NCBI GenBank assembly: GCA_048938025.1
Contig: JBHLMP010000020.1
Coordinates: 1 to 57,835 of the forward strand
Source: Promethearchaeota archaeon
Lineage (GTDB): Archaea > Asgardarchaeota > Lokiarchaeia > Sigyniarchaeales > SOKP01
Length of the DNA stretch: 57,835 nt
Direction of reading: 5' to 3'
The notes below the pieces were generated by a model, which worked only from the letters and a program-made list of their open reading frames with translations, did not search any database and had not been told where the DNA came from. Made by a program: the position numbers and the translations under genes. The first letter of the stretch is position 1. Each line of letters starts with the position of its first letter. Below, one piece after another: positions 1 to 9,738 of this stretch.

Positions 1-346
1 ATGATTATTTTTATAAATTTTTTTTTAACTGTATTTCAACTCTCATTGACAAGACTTTTTGAGATGAGCATATAATCTTTTATTTTCAATTAAAATGAAT
101 TAAAAGATTAAGGGAATTACTTCTACTATTAATACTTTAATAATTGACTCATTACAACCCAATAACTTAGTCCATTTCTAGAATTCAAATAGATGGATTG
201 AAATACTCTTTCATAAAAAAAATTTTTCTTTAATTAAAAGATCTTCAAAATTAATAAAATTTAAATATTTTGGGATTGAAATTGATATTAACACCAATGT
301 TTTAAAAAAAATTATTTCAAAAATATTTAATGAGAGTTGAAAAAAT

Positions 347-796
347 TTGGTAGAATTTAAAAGCAAATGGTTTATGGCCCTTGTTGCTGGTATTCTAGCG
401 TTAATTTCAATTTTGACCCCATGGGGTTCTCTAGACGTAGGTGGTGGTGTTACCGCTTATTCTTGGTTAGGTGGCGCTGTTGTTTATTATGCAGATATGC
501 CCTCACCTTATCCTGAATGGCAAGGCACTGGAGCATCTCTGTGGACTTTTGCAATAGTAATACTTGCTACAACATTGCTTCTATTTGTTAGCATTAATAC
601 TTGGAGAGGAAAAGAATTTAAATGGGATTGGCTAATGTATTTACTATGTGGAATTGGTTTGATTATTTTTCCAATTTTAGCACTTGTATTTGAAGCAACA
701 GAAGATGCTGTTATTGGTTTCGCACCAATTGGTCTTATCATTGCAGGCTGTATCGCAATTGTAGCATTTGTATTTGACAAATTCATGAGCAAATAG
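347..796 (+). CDS. Hypothetical membrane protein (about 4 TM helices)
   Basis: 149-aa ORF with TTG start and four hydrophobic segments; no recognised motif. Confidence 0.7.
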   Translation: MVEFKSKWFMALVAGILALISILTPWGSLDVGGGVTAYSWLGGAVVYYADMPSPYPEWQGTGASLWTFAIVILATTLLLFVSINTWRGKEFKWDWLMYLLCGIGLIIFPILALVFEATEDAVIGFAPIGLIIAGCIAIVAFVFDKFMSK

Positions 797-1046
797 ACCT
801 AAAAAATATATATTAAGTTTAAAAAATTCTCTTTTTTTTTTTATTTTACATTTAACATTTTTCATTTAAAGTTCAATTTCTTCTTCTTTATTTCTTTATC
901 TAGTTTTTTTAGGTGGAATAAAAATATTTATTTCATGCATTAAATGCATATTTCTTTTCTAAAATATTTATAGAAAAGATTTATTATTGTAAATTAAACA
1001 TTTTATTGACTAGATATTGCTTTTTTAGAAAAAATTAGGTGATAAT

Positions 1047-2519
1047 TTGACAAAAACATATTCTGAGATTAATGAAAGAATTAAAAATGGCGATGTTGTA
1101 GTAGTAAATGCTGAAGAAATGATAAAAGTAGTAGAACAGAATGGTATTAAGGTAGCTGCTGAAGAAATTGATGTAGTCACTACAGGAACTTTCGGTCCTA
1201 TGTGTTCAAGTGGAGCATTTTTAAATTTTGGCCATTCTGATCCTCCAATAAAATTTGAACATCTCTGGTTAAATGATGTTCATGCTTATCACGGGAATGC
1301 TGCTGTTGATTGTTATATAGGAGTTACAAGAATGGCAGATATTCGACCTTTTGAATATGGAGGCGGACATGTTATCGAAGATCTAGTGTCTGGAAAGCCT
1401 ATTAGGTTGAGGGGGAACTCGTATACCACTGATTGTTATCCTTTAGGTGAGATAAATACGAACTTCGCAATTAACGATTTAAATCAAGCCATTTTATGCA
1501 ATCCTAGAAATGCATATCAACGATATGCTTGTGCAGTAAATAGCACAGATAGAACTTTATACACTTATATGGGAAAATTATTGCCTAATTTTGGTAATGC
1601 CCATTATTCTGGATCTGGGTGTTTAAATCCATTATGTAATGATCCCAATTATGAGACAATAGGATTGGGCACACGAGTCTTTCTTGGGGGTGGAATTGGA
1701 TATGTGATAGGTGAAGGGACTCAACATAATCCTACAAATAACTATGGAACACTTTTTCTTAAAGGTGATTTAACCCAAATGACTTCTGAATATTTGAAAG
1801 GAGTAAATTATGAGAAGTATGGCACTTCGATGTTTGTTGGAGTAGGAATTCCGATTCCAATTTTAAATGAAAAGTTAGCTAGAAAAACTGCTATTACGGA
1901 TGGTGAAATTTTTACGGATGTAGTTGATTATGGTATCCCTAGGAGAGATAGACCTATAATAAAAAAAGTATCATATAAGGAATTAAAAAGTGGCTATATT
2001 GAATTATATAACAACAAAGTTAAATGTTCTTCATTATCATCTCTTTATTATGCAAGAAGAATCGCAAATGAATTGAAAAAATGGATTGAAGATGGTATTT
2101 TTTTCTTAAGTCCTCCAGCAGAAACATTACCAAAAGAAACTGAATTTAAACCCATGAAACAAACATCTGAATTAAAGTTCGTAAAGGATTTAAAAAGAAA
2201 TGCTATAACATGTTATGAGGATTGTGATATCAAAACAGTTGCAGAAAAGATTATTAAACAAAATATGAATCATATCATCATTATAGACCGGGAAAACCAT
2301 CTGAAAGGCATTGTTACTAGTTTCGATGTAACAAAAGCTATAGCTGAAAATATTACTAACCTAAAAGAAATTATAACAAGAAAAGTGATTATTACAACTG
2401 ATAATGAACCAATTGAAGTTGCATCAAGGAAAATGAAAATAAATGATATTTCAGCCTTACCTGTTATAGATGAGAATAATAAAGTTGTAGGGATAATTAC
2501 TAGTGAGGAGTTGATGTAA
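1047..2519 (+). CDS. Homocysteine biosynthesis protein / L-aspartate semialdehyde sulfurtransferase (MA1821-like, DUF39 plus C-terminal CBS pair)
   Basis: DVVTTGTFGPMCSSGA, YGGGHVIEDL, NPRNAYQ and TYMG motifs; CBS pair at C-terminus; AGGTGA RBS at 1037-1042 before TTG. Confidence 0.9.
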   Translation: MTKTYSEINERIKNGDVVVVNAEEMIKVVEQNGIKVAAEEIDVVTTGTFGPMCSSGAFLNFGHSDPPIKFEHLWLNDVHAYHGNAAVDCYIGVTRMADIRPFEYGGGHVIEDLVSGKPIRLRGNSYTTDCYPLGEINTNFAINDLNQAILCNPRNAYQRYACAVNSTDRTLYTYMGKLLPNFGNAHYSGSGCLNPLCNDPNYETIGLGTRVFLGGGIGYVIGEGTQHNPTNNYGTLFLKGDLTQMTSEYLKGVNYEKYGTSMFVGVGIPIPILNEKLARKTAITDGEIFTDVVDYGIPRRDRPIIKKVSYKELKSGYIELYNNKVKCSSLSSLYYARRIANELKKWIEDGIFFLSPPAETLPKETEFKPMKQTSELKFVKDLKRNAITCYEDCDIKTVAEKIIKQNMNHIIIIDRENHLKGIVTSFDVTKAIAENITNLKEIITRKVIITTDNEPIEVASRKMKINDISALPVIDENNKVVGIITSEELM

Positions 2520-2521
2520 AA

Positions 2522-2917
2522 TTGACAATAATAAATGTCACCTTGCCTTTTGGAGTAATTAAGGATATTAGTGATTATTCAAGATTTATAAATGAAATTT
2601 TGAAATATGATATTTCTTTTAATATTCTAAAATTTTCAACTAGAGCAAGTGGGATTAATCTTTTATTAGATATTCCTGAAGATAAAATAAAAGCTATAAC
2701 TGAATCCTTAAAAAAGAATAAAATAATCGTTAACAAGAAAGGAAGAATCATAATTGATGATGATAAATGCATTGATTGCGGTGCTTGTATCTCATTGTGT
2801 CCTACAGATGCATTACATTTCAATAGTGAAGATAGATTAGAATTTTCTTATGAAAAATGCATTGGTTGTTTATTATGTTTAGACTCATGTCCAAGGTATG
2901 CAATTGAAGAAATGTAA
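2522..2917 (+). CDS. NIL domain plus 2[4Fe-4S] ferredoxin, partner of the homocysteine synthase (MA1822-like)
   Basis: CIDCGACISLCP and CIGCLLCLDSCP motifs; starts 2 nt after the DUF39-CBS gene. Confidence 0.85.
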   Translation: MTIINVTLPFGVIKDISDYSRFINEILKYDISFNILKFSTRASGINLLLDIPEDKIKAITESLKKNKIIVNKKGRIIIDDDKCIDCGACISLCPTDALHFNSEDRLEFSYEKCIGCLLCLDSCPRYAIEEM

Positions 2918-2952
2918 AGAGATCTATTTTAATTTTTTTTAGTATTTAATTA

Positions 2953-3966
2953 TTATTGTTGAGTTATTATTTCAAAAATCTCATCTAATCTAGGTGATTT
3001 TCTTCTTAAACTAATACAGCGTTCTTCTTCACACCCTCTCAATATCGCAATTAATTCATTAAGATGAATTGTAGGAATATCTAATTTTTCGCCATACCAT
3101 TTCTTCATTTTTTCTCTATATTCTGGTTTACTTAAAGTGTATAAACATGTTGGACAAGGCATTAAAATAAAATCAGCATTAACACTCTCTGCGCTTTTTA
3201 ATTTCTTAAAGGTTACCTTTAAGGCTTCTTTAGGATTTATTACTAATTGACTTGCACCCCAACCACAACAACTTTCTTTTTCTTGATAATCTACAGGATT
3301 TCCTCCAAAAAGAGTAATTAATTCATCTAATTTTGTTTTATCTTTCAAATAATTTTCAACAGTTCTTTTATCTCGGCTTAAATTTAAATAGTGACATCCA
3401 TAATGAACCGCAACTTTAAGATTTTTTAAATCAAATTTTAATGAATTAAGAACTTCATTTTTAATTAAATATAAAAAATCCAAATCGTGAACTAATCTTA
3501 GGTTTGGTTTATCTAAAATTTCATATTTACCTGGATAATTTTCAGGATTATTTTTTTCCTTTAACTGATTTAAAATTTTCTGTGCTTTTTTTCTTATTTC
3601 ATGATTATTTAAGAATTCTCGTCCTCTTAAAAGACTATTATAACATCCATTACAACTAAATAGAACAATATCTGCTAATTGGTTCATTTCATTTAGATTT
3701 CTTTCATTTATTGCTGCAAATTGAGCTCTTGTTATTAGATTTCTTTGAAAGAAAGTACCACTGCAACAAGATTGATTAATACAAGTCTCTACTTTTAGCT
3801 GAAGTTCTTCTAATAAATCTTGAATCCCCCATCTTACACCAGGAAAATATTTTTCTAAACAAGCTTTAAATAAGCATAATTTCTTATCTCTGAAAAAATC
3901 TATAGCATTATCGGGAAATTTTTTTTCTATTTCATCCAAATCCAAAGCTAAATTGCTAAATTCCAT
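2953..3966 (-). CDS. hdrB: Heterodisulfide reductase subunit B-like protein (two CCG domains)
   Basis: SCCSG...SCNGC, VHYGCH and SCCGWG...PCPTC motifs; directly downstream of hdrC-like gene. Confidence 0.8.
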   Translation of the reverse strand: MEFSNLALDLDEIEKKFPDNAIDFFRDKKLCLFKACLEKYFPGVRWGIQDLLEELQLKVETCINQSCCSGTFFQRNLITRAQFAAINERNLNEMNQLADIVLFSCNGCYNSLLRGREFLNNHEIRKKAQKILNQLKEKNNPENYPGKYEILDKPNLRLVHDLDFLYLIKNEVLNSLKFDLKNLKVAVHYGCHYLNLSRDKRTVENYLKDKTKLDELITLFGGNPVDYQEKESCCGWGASQLVINPKEALKVTFKKLKSAESVNADFILMPCPTCLYTLSKPEYREKMKKWYGEKLDIPTIHLNELIAILRGCEEERCISLRRKSPRLDEIFEIITQQ

Positions 3967-3981
3967 CGTACTTATCCTATA

Positions 3982-4503
3982 CTACTTTTTCTTCTTACCT
4001 TTATTTTTAGTTGATCTACTTGCTTTAAAGACGTATTTTATACGCGCAAAATTACATATAGTGTTTAATTCATCAATTCTTTCTTGTGGTAGTTTCTCAC
4101 CTAAAGATTCTTCAACAACTACACCACTTGTTAGAAATCTTTCAGACATTTCTACATATTTTCTTAAATCATTGTATTGAGGACCATAACCCTTTTTGAA
4201 ACTCTCATTCCTAAGATTGATAACTAATAATGGAATATTTATGTTATCTTTTGGGCATATTCGTTTACATCTTTCACATAAATAGCAATACCAAATATCA
4301 GAATCTTTTAATACACTTTTGTCTCCTCGAAGAACTTTACTAATTATTTTTCTTATATTAAAATTTGATACTTTAGATGCTGGACAATCACCAACACATT
4401 TTCCGCAAGATATACATTGAATAATATTTTTATTTTCATCTACATCATCTACAAGTTCTTCATAAAAGTCCCAATTCCAGTCTGTATCAGAATATTCATC
4501 CAT
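3982..4503 (-). CDS. hdrC: Heterodisulfide reductase subunit C-like 4Fe-4S protein
   Basis: CISCGKCVGDCP and IWYCYLCERCKRICP motifs; adjacent to hdrB-like gene. Confidence 0.8.
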   Translation of the reverse strand: MDEYSDTDWNWDFYEELVDDVDENKNIIQCISCGKCVGDCPASKVSNFNIRKIISKVLRGDKSVLKDSDIWYCYLCERCKRICPKDNINIPLLVINLRNESFKKGYGPQYNDLRKYVEMSERFLTSGVVVEESLGEKLPQERIDELNTICNFARIKYVFKASRSTKNKGKKKK

Positions 4504-4704
4504 TATTTCAGATTTTAATTATTTTATCTTTATAATACCTCTTTCTATGAGAGATTCATAATTCATTGTAAAAAAATGTAAGGTTTTTTATTCATAAAAC
4601 AAGATTAGAAATCAATTACTAAAATTAACTTTTAAATTTAATTTTTTATTTTATAATCCCTTTGAGAAAAAATACCAAATTAATAATAAAAAAAAATAAG
4701 TAAT

Positions 4705-5463
4705 TTATTCACTTTTTAAAAAGATTTCCTTCATCCATCTTGGTAAAAGAAAACCTCCATAAAATTCAATTGCACTTGTTATTAATAATAACCGAATAAT
4801 AACGACCAATATCGATAAAAGGAGATCGGCAGGATCTTCAAAAATTGCTCCAAGGGAAGAATCTAAAACTGCAGCGACTGTAAAAGTAATGAATGCAGCA
4901 CGGAGTAGTTTTCCTTTCAATCGTACTTCCCGATCGTTTGATTTAACAGATTTTTGAGCGAAAATTACTCCAGTAATTAACATTATTAGGATAATAAGTA
5001 TTAGATAGATTGTTATAAAAATGCCAAAATCTACTGTGAAGGGTCGTGTAGGATTAATTATTCCTATTAAATCAATATCTATGAAAAATAAAATGAAGAA
5101 CGTTACTTCAAATAATATTGAAAATATATAAGTAAGGAGTACTGCCATTAATTGAAGATTTTTATTGATCATATCTGTATAAGCCACTATCCAGCATAGG
5201 AGTGCTATTGGAATAAATACATTACCAATAATGAAGTACCATCTTACCGGTAAAGACTCCCCCACAATCAAATTCATTAAAAAACTAATAGAATCAGGCC
5301 ACCAAGGTAAAGAAACTCCCACCCAAGATAAACCCACTAAAAAATATAACCGAGATTTATATTTAGGATATTTTGATAAAATTATAAATCCTAAAATCAA
5401 TGAAATGATAACAAAGATTAAGCTAAAACTACCTTGTAAAACATCTACTGGTTCAAGGGTCAA
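4705..5463 (-). CDS. Hypothetical membrane protein (about 7 TM helices)
   Basis: 252-aa ORF with about seven hydrophobic segments; TTG start. Confidence 0.7.
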   Translation of the reverse strand: MTLEPVDVLQGSFSLIFVIISLILGFIILSKYPKYKSRLYFLVGLSWVGVSLPWWPDSISFLMNLIVGESLPVRWYFIIGNVFIPIALLCWIVAYTDMINKNLQLMAVLLTYIFSILFEVTFFILFFIDIDLIGIINPTRPFTVDFGIFITIYLILIILIMLITGVIFAQKSVKSNDREVRLKGKLLRAAFITFTVAAVLDSSLGAIFEDPADLLLSILVVIIRLLLITSAIEFYGGFLLPRWMKEIFLKSE

Positions 5464-5543
5464 AAAATTTCACCAATTTTAAAAAATTGAAATTTAATTA
5501 TTGAATTAAAATTAACTTTTTAGCATAAATAGTTTTGCTTAAA

Positions 5544-6632
5544 TTAAATTATTTCATAATTTACATACGATGGGTGCTTCTCTAATTGATCTATTAACAA
5601 CTCAAGATGAGTTAGATACTCATCTGAGGATATCTCTTGATCCTTATACCTATTAACTAGTCTTTCGATAATATAAAAAGGTGTAAATTTAATGAAATGG
5701 ACATCTGAAAAACTATAAACAAAACCCTTTGCTTCATAAATAAATTTTTTCTCAATTAGTTCCGTAAATAGATCATGTTTATTATTTAAAATATTCAAGG
5801 ATTCATCTACAGAAAGTCTCTTTTTTCTTAACATTTTTAATAACGAAAAAACATCTTTATCTAATATTGCCGTTTGTAGAATTGTTTTGTTCTCAATATC
5901 TGTCACAGAATCATAGTTTATAAAAAATTTAATCAACGCTTTCTTATACTTTCTTAAAACTTTTTCTTCTATTTGTTCATTTGGCAAATTCTTAGGAGGA
6001 ATTCGTGTACTAGAAAGATCTTTTATTAAGAAATAACATTCTTTGATTCCAGGGATATTCTCTTTAATAATTAAGTTCTCTTGGATGAAAGAAATTAGTA
6101 ATAAATCAATATTAATAGTCGAAAATCCATATTCTTGTCTTAAAATATTGGTTAATTCCAATTTAGATATTACTCCATTTCTTAGGATCTTTAGAATAGT
6201 GAATTTTATTCTATCTTGGAAAAAGCTAATTAAGTTATCTTCTTCATCTAATTTAGAATAATTAATTATAGTATTAAATGCCTCAGAAATAGCACGAGTA
6301 ATTTTATTAGTATTGATTAATTCTACTAAATTCCTACTAATAATTGCTAATATATCAGGAGAATCTTTTATAATATTTTCACACATATTTTTTTTATTAT
6401 AAACTAAAACTAGAAAGTATATTTCACCTTCAAATTTTTGTATGATTGAAGTAAAATGGTAATTACTCTCTTCATGAAGGAATTCTATTATTGAATTTTC
6501 TTTATTTAATTCATGCTTAGCCCAAATTTTTAAAAATAAATCTTTTGGAGGAAATGACTTTTCTGGTGGATATTGGATTATAGGTTCTGGACCTGTGCTT
6601 TTATTCCAATAAACCAAAATAATTCTTTCCAT
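5544..6632 (-). CDS. Protein with N-terminal longin/uDENN-like domain
   Basis: N-terminus IILVYWNKSTGPEPIIQYP matches the beta-strand-GP-x-QYP start of uDENN/NPR2-type longin domains; recognised by eye only. Confidence 0.55.
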   Translation of the reverse strand: MERIILVYWNKSTGPEPIIQYPPEKSFPPKDLFLKIWAKHELNKENSIIEFLHEESNYHFTSIIQKFEGEIYFLVLVYNKKNMCENIIKDSPDILAIISRNLVELINTNKITRAISEAFNTIINYSKLDEEDNLISFFQDRIKFTILKILRNGVISKLELTNILRQEYGFSTINIDLLLISFIQENLIIKENIPGIKECYFLIKDLSSTRIPPKNLPNEQIEEKVLRKYKKALIKFFINYDSVTDIENKTILQTAILDKDVFSLLKMLRKKRLSVDESLNILNNKHDLFTELIEKKFIYEAKGFVYSFSDVHFIKFTPFYIIERLVNRYKDQEISSDEYLTHLELLIDQLEKHPSYVNYEII

Positions 6633-6782
6633 ATTTAAATTCTAACAATTATTCTATTAATTTTTATGTAATATCCTTAAGATTACAAAGTAATATAGTT
6701 TTGAATTAAATTAACTATTATATTCTAAATTACGTATTTCCAATATTTTAAAAAGAGATATGGCTATCTAATAGAAATGAAT

Positions 6783-7034
6783 TTAAAAAAATTGAGGATA
6801 AGTTTGCTCTATTTTATCTAAAGTCAAAGTTAAGAGATTGAGTAATTCCTTGTTATTAGAAATGTTGATATTATCAATAACATTGTTTAATATTTGATTT
6901 CCCATTTTAATGTCATTATCAGTAAATCCTTCTTTTTTATTTCTAAATAAATAATTGAATTCTTGTTCTAACCATATGAGTTCGTCTTTTATGGTATCTT
7001 CTAAAATTCTATTATAATTTCCACTAACACTCAT
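6783..7034 (-). CDS. Small hypothetical helical protein
   Basis: 83-aa ATG ORF in an otherwise empty interval, plausible composition. Confidence 0.6.
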   Translation of the reverse strand: MSVSGNYNRILEDTIKDELIWLEQEFNYLFRNKKEGFTDNDIKMGNQILNNVIDNINISNNKELLNLLTLTLDKIEQTYPQFF

Positions 7035-7284
7035 TTTAAATCCATTCTGAAAGTATATAATTATTCAATTCTTATTGCTTTATGAATTAAATAGTCTTCT
7101 AACTTATAAAATTTCCATGAATAACGTTTTTTTATAATAATGAAACGAACAAATATCATGAATTATTTAAGCATTAGATCTAATTCTTTAGTTTTCGTCT
7201 TATAATTAGATAGAATTAAATTTATTTATTTTAAACTGGGGAATAATTTTTAGAATTATTACTAATAGAACTCTTTTTATTTTC

Positions 7285-7458
7285 TTAATCTTCTAATTCT
7301 TTAAAATAATATCTCGTGATTATCTTTGAAAGTTCATAGATAGATTGTAAATTATTAGCATTTATTGCATTTTTCAGTTTTTCATATGCATCAGATAAAC
7401 TCATAACAAAATTTTCCCTTACATAATTTAATTTTATTATTTTTTCTTTTTCATTCAT
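7285..7458 (-). CDS. Small hypothetical protein (57 aa, not in ORF track)
   Basis: Hand translation MNEKEKIIKLNYVRENFVMSLSDAYEKLKNAINANNLQSIYELSKIITRYYFKELED*; amphipathic pattern, same strand as neighbours, no clear RBS. Confidence 0.4.
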   Translation of the reverse strand: MNEKEKIIKLNYVRENFVMSLSDAYEKLKNAINANNLQSIYELSKIITRYYFKELED

Positions 7459-7674
7459 ACGCTATGAATTATGATTAAAAATAAAAAATGGAGATAATAT
7501 CTTAGTAATATAGCTTATATTAAAATATCCAAAAATTTACATTTATTAATTATTGAATTCTTTTTGAAATTCATGAGAAATAAAAAAAAACAAACAGTTG
7601 TAAGCAATTTATAACTAATAATATAGTAAAAATTTCTAAAAACTGTTTTTAACTTAGCTTAATACTTTGAAATA

Positions 7675-7917
7675 TTACCGGAAGGTATTTCTCTTCATAC
7701 GTGATCCTTTTTCAGTAATCCGTACATCCTTTGCTTGTTTGCCTTTTTGCCCTTCAACTATTTCAAAATCAACTTTATCTCCTTCATATAATGTTCTAAA
7801 ACCATTTTCATCATCAAGAATGCCACTAAAATGGACAAAAACATCTTCTCCTTTATCGGTAGTAATGAAACCATATCCTTTCCGGCTATTAAACCACTTT
7901 ACAATTCCACTAACCAT
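7675..7917 (-). CDS. cspA: Cold-shock domain protein (CspA family)
   Basis: GIVKWFN, RNP1 KGYGFI, RNP2 VFVHFS, GFRTL...G.KG.QA. Confidence 0.95.
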   Translation of the reverse strand: MVSGIVKWFNSRKGYGFITTDKGEDVFVHFSGILDDENGFRTLYEGDKVDFEIVEGQKGKQAKDVRITEKGSRMKRNTFR

Positions 7918-8081
7918 TATTTAAACCTATTAAAATACATATCGCTTGATTTTGTTATTTCAATTTGAAACAACTAAACACATAACATTTTTCATTATAA
8001 ATAACTTTATGGTTTTTTCAATCCAATTCTATTAAATTTAATCTAAAACAGAGAGATCTACTAGATGATTTCTATTTTAAC

Positions 8082-8924
8082 TTATCTTTTTTTCTCTAAA
8101 TATTTAATAAGGAAGTAATAGAGTATAACCATTAATACAAGAACCCCTAGAATGATTAATAATATAATATTGAAATAAATAGATTGCTCCTGAATTGCTC
8201 CAAGAGGTAATGTATCAAAATCAATTGGCAAGGAAAGATCATACTTTATAAAAAATAAAGCTCCTAGTGTTGAATAAAAAAAAGCCCTAAAAATTGAACC
8301 TATTAAAGTTCCTATTGAATATTTCTTTATATCAATATCAACTAAGCCTGAAGTGTAAGATATAACATCAAAAGGTATAAAAGGAATGAATCGAGTAACT
8401 ATAATTGCTTTAGTACCATGCTTTTTAATGAAATCATCTGCGATATTTATTCCTTTTTCTCCAACAAATTTTTCCGCTAATGGTCTTCCACCTTTTCTAC
8501 TGATATAAAAACATAATATACCAGCAGCCATTGAGCCAATAATACCCATAAGACCCCCTAAGTAAATACCCCAAATCATTCCTGCTGCTAGTAAAACAAC
8601 TTCAGAAGGAATTGGGACTATTAAACCTTGAAAAGCCATAATTATAATAAATAATATAATCCCTATAACCTGTAATTTATAAACCGGATTTACAAAATAA
8701 TTTACAACAAATTTGTATAAAATAGTTTCATCTATGAAAAAAATATAATAGAGAAGAAATAAGGAAATTGCCAATAAAAAAATAAATATAATGATATAAA
8801 TTATTGTTTTAGTGTCATATTGAGAAAAATTAATCAAATTTTTGAAATAATTTTTTAATCTAACTGAAAAAGGCTGCTTTTCTTTATACTTATTCTCATT
8901 CTCTCTTTTTTCCATTCTATTCAA
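8082..8924 (-). CDS. TVP38/TMEM64 (DedA/VTT) family membrane protein
   Basis: PIPSEVVLLAAGMIWG, FYISRKGGR and RFIPFIPFDVISYTSG motifs; start may be ATG at 8915. Confidence 0.85.
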   Translation of the reverse strand: MNRMEKRENENKYKEKQPFSVRLKNYFKNLINFSQYDTKTIIYIIIFIFLLAISLFLLYYIFFIDETILYKFVVNYFVNPVYKLQVIGIILFIIIMAFQGLIVPIPSEVVLLAAGMIWGIYLGGLMGIIGSMAAGILCFYISRKGGRPLAEKFVGEKGINIADDFIKKHGTKAIIVTRFIPFIPFDVISYTSGLVDIDIKKYSIGTLIGSIFRAFFYSTLGALFFIKYDLSLPIDFDTLPLGAIQEQSIYFNIILLIILGVLVLMVILYYFLIKYLEKKR

Positions 8925-9064
8925 AACATAAAGTAAAAATTAAGTAAGATAAGTAATTTAGATTTAAATAAAAATTATTTTTTTTCTTTAATTTAAAACA
9001 AATTTATTAGATTCCTTTTCTAAATCTTAATATATATTGATATATTTATTCAAAGGGCTTAAAA

Positions 9065-9709
9065 ATGAAAGAAATTTTTAAGGATATTTACCATATAGGA
9101 AATTCGGGTTGTTCTATTTACCTAGTTGATACTAAAAGTGATGAAGGGTTTATTTTAATAGATTCTGGCATGGATCTTAGTTTAATTAAAAGTATAAGCA
9201 AAATAGGATTAAATCCTATGAATATTAAACACTGTATTTTAACTCATTTCCACATAGATCATATTGCTGCGTGTTATGATCTTAAACAATATAATGAAAA
9301 AGTAAAATTTTATGCGCATGATTTAGATGCTGATGCTATAGAAGAGAAAGGACATGATAGAGAAACAGCAGCTGCATGGTATGGAGTGAATTACAAACCA
9401 ATTACACTTAAAAAAAGACTCAAAGGAGATCTTGAAATTTTAAAATTTGGATCATACGAATTTAAATGTATTCATACTCCAGGGCATACTCCAGGATCTT
9501 TATCGATATTACTGGAGTTAGATAAAAAAATCTTATTTGGCCAAGATATACATGGACCAATAATTCCAGGTGTAAGTGATTTTGAAGATTATCAAAATTC
9601 TCTCAAAAAAATTTTAAGTTTAGAAGTAGATATTCTATGTGAAGGACATTTCGGGATCTTTCAACCCGCTGAAGAAGTACAAAAATATATTAAACAATAT
9701 ATAGAATAA
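9065..9709 (+). CDS. Metallo-beta-lactamase fold hydrolase
   Basis: LIDSG, THFHIDH, HTPGHTPG, FGQD and EGH motifs. Confidence 0.9.
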   Translation: MKEIFKDIYHIGNSGCSIYLVDTKSDEGFILIDSGMDLSLIKSISKIGLNPMNIKHCILTHFHIDHIAACYDLKQYNEKVKFYAHDLDADAIEEKGHDRETAAAWYGVNYKPITLKKRLKGDLEILKFGSYEFKCIHTPGHTPGSLSILLELDKKILFGQDIHGPIIPGVSDFEDYQNSLKKILSLEVDILCEGHFGIFQPAEEVQKYIKQYIE

Positions 9710-9738
9710 AGAAATTAAAAAAAATAAAAATTTGCTTT

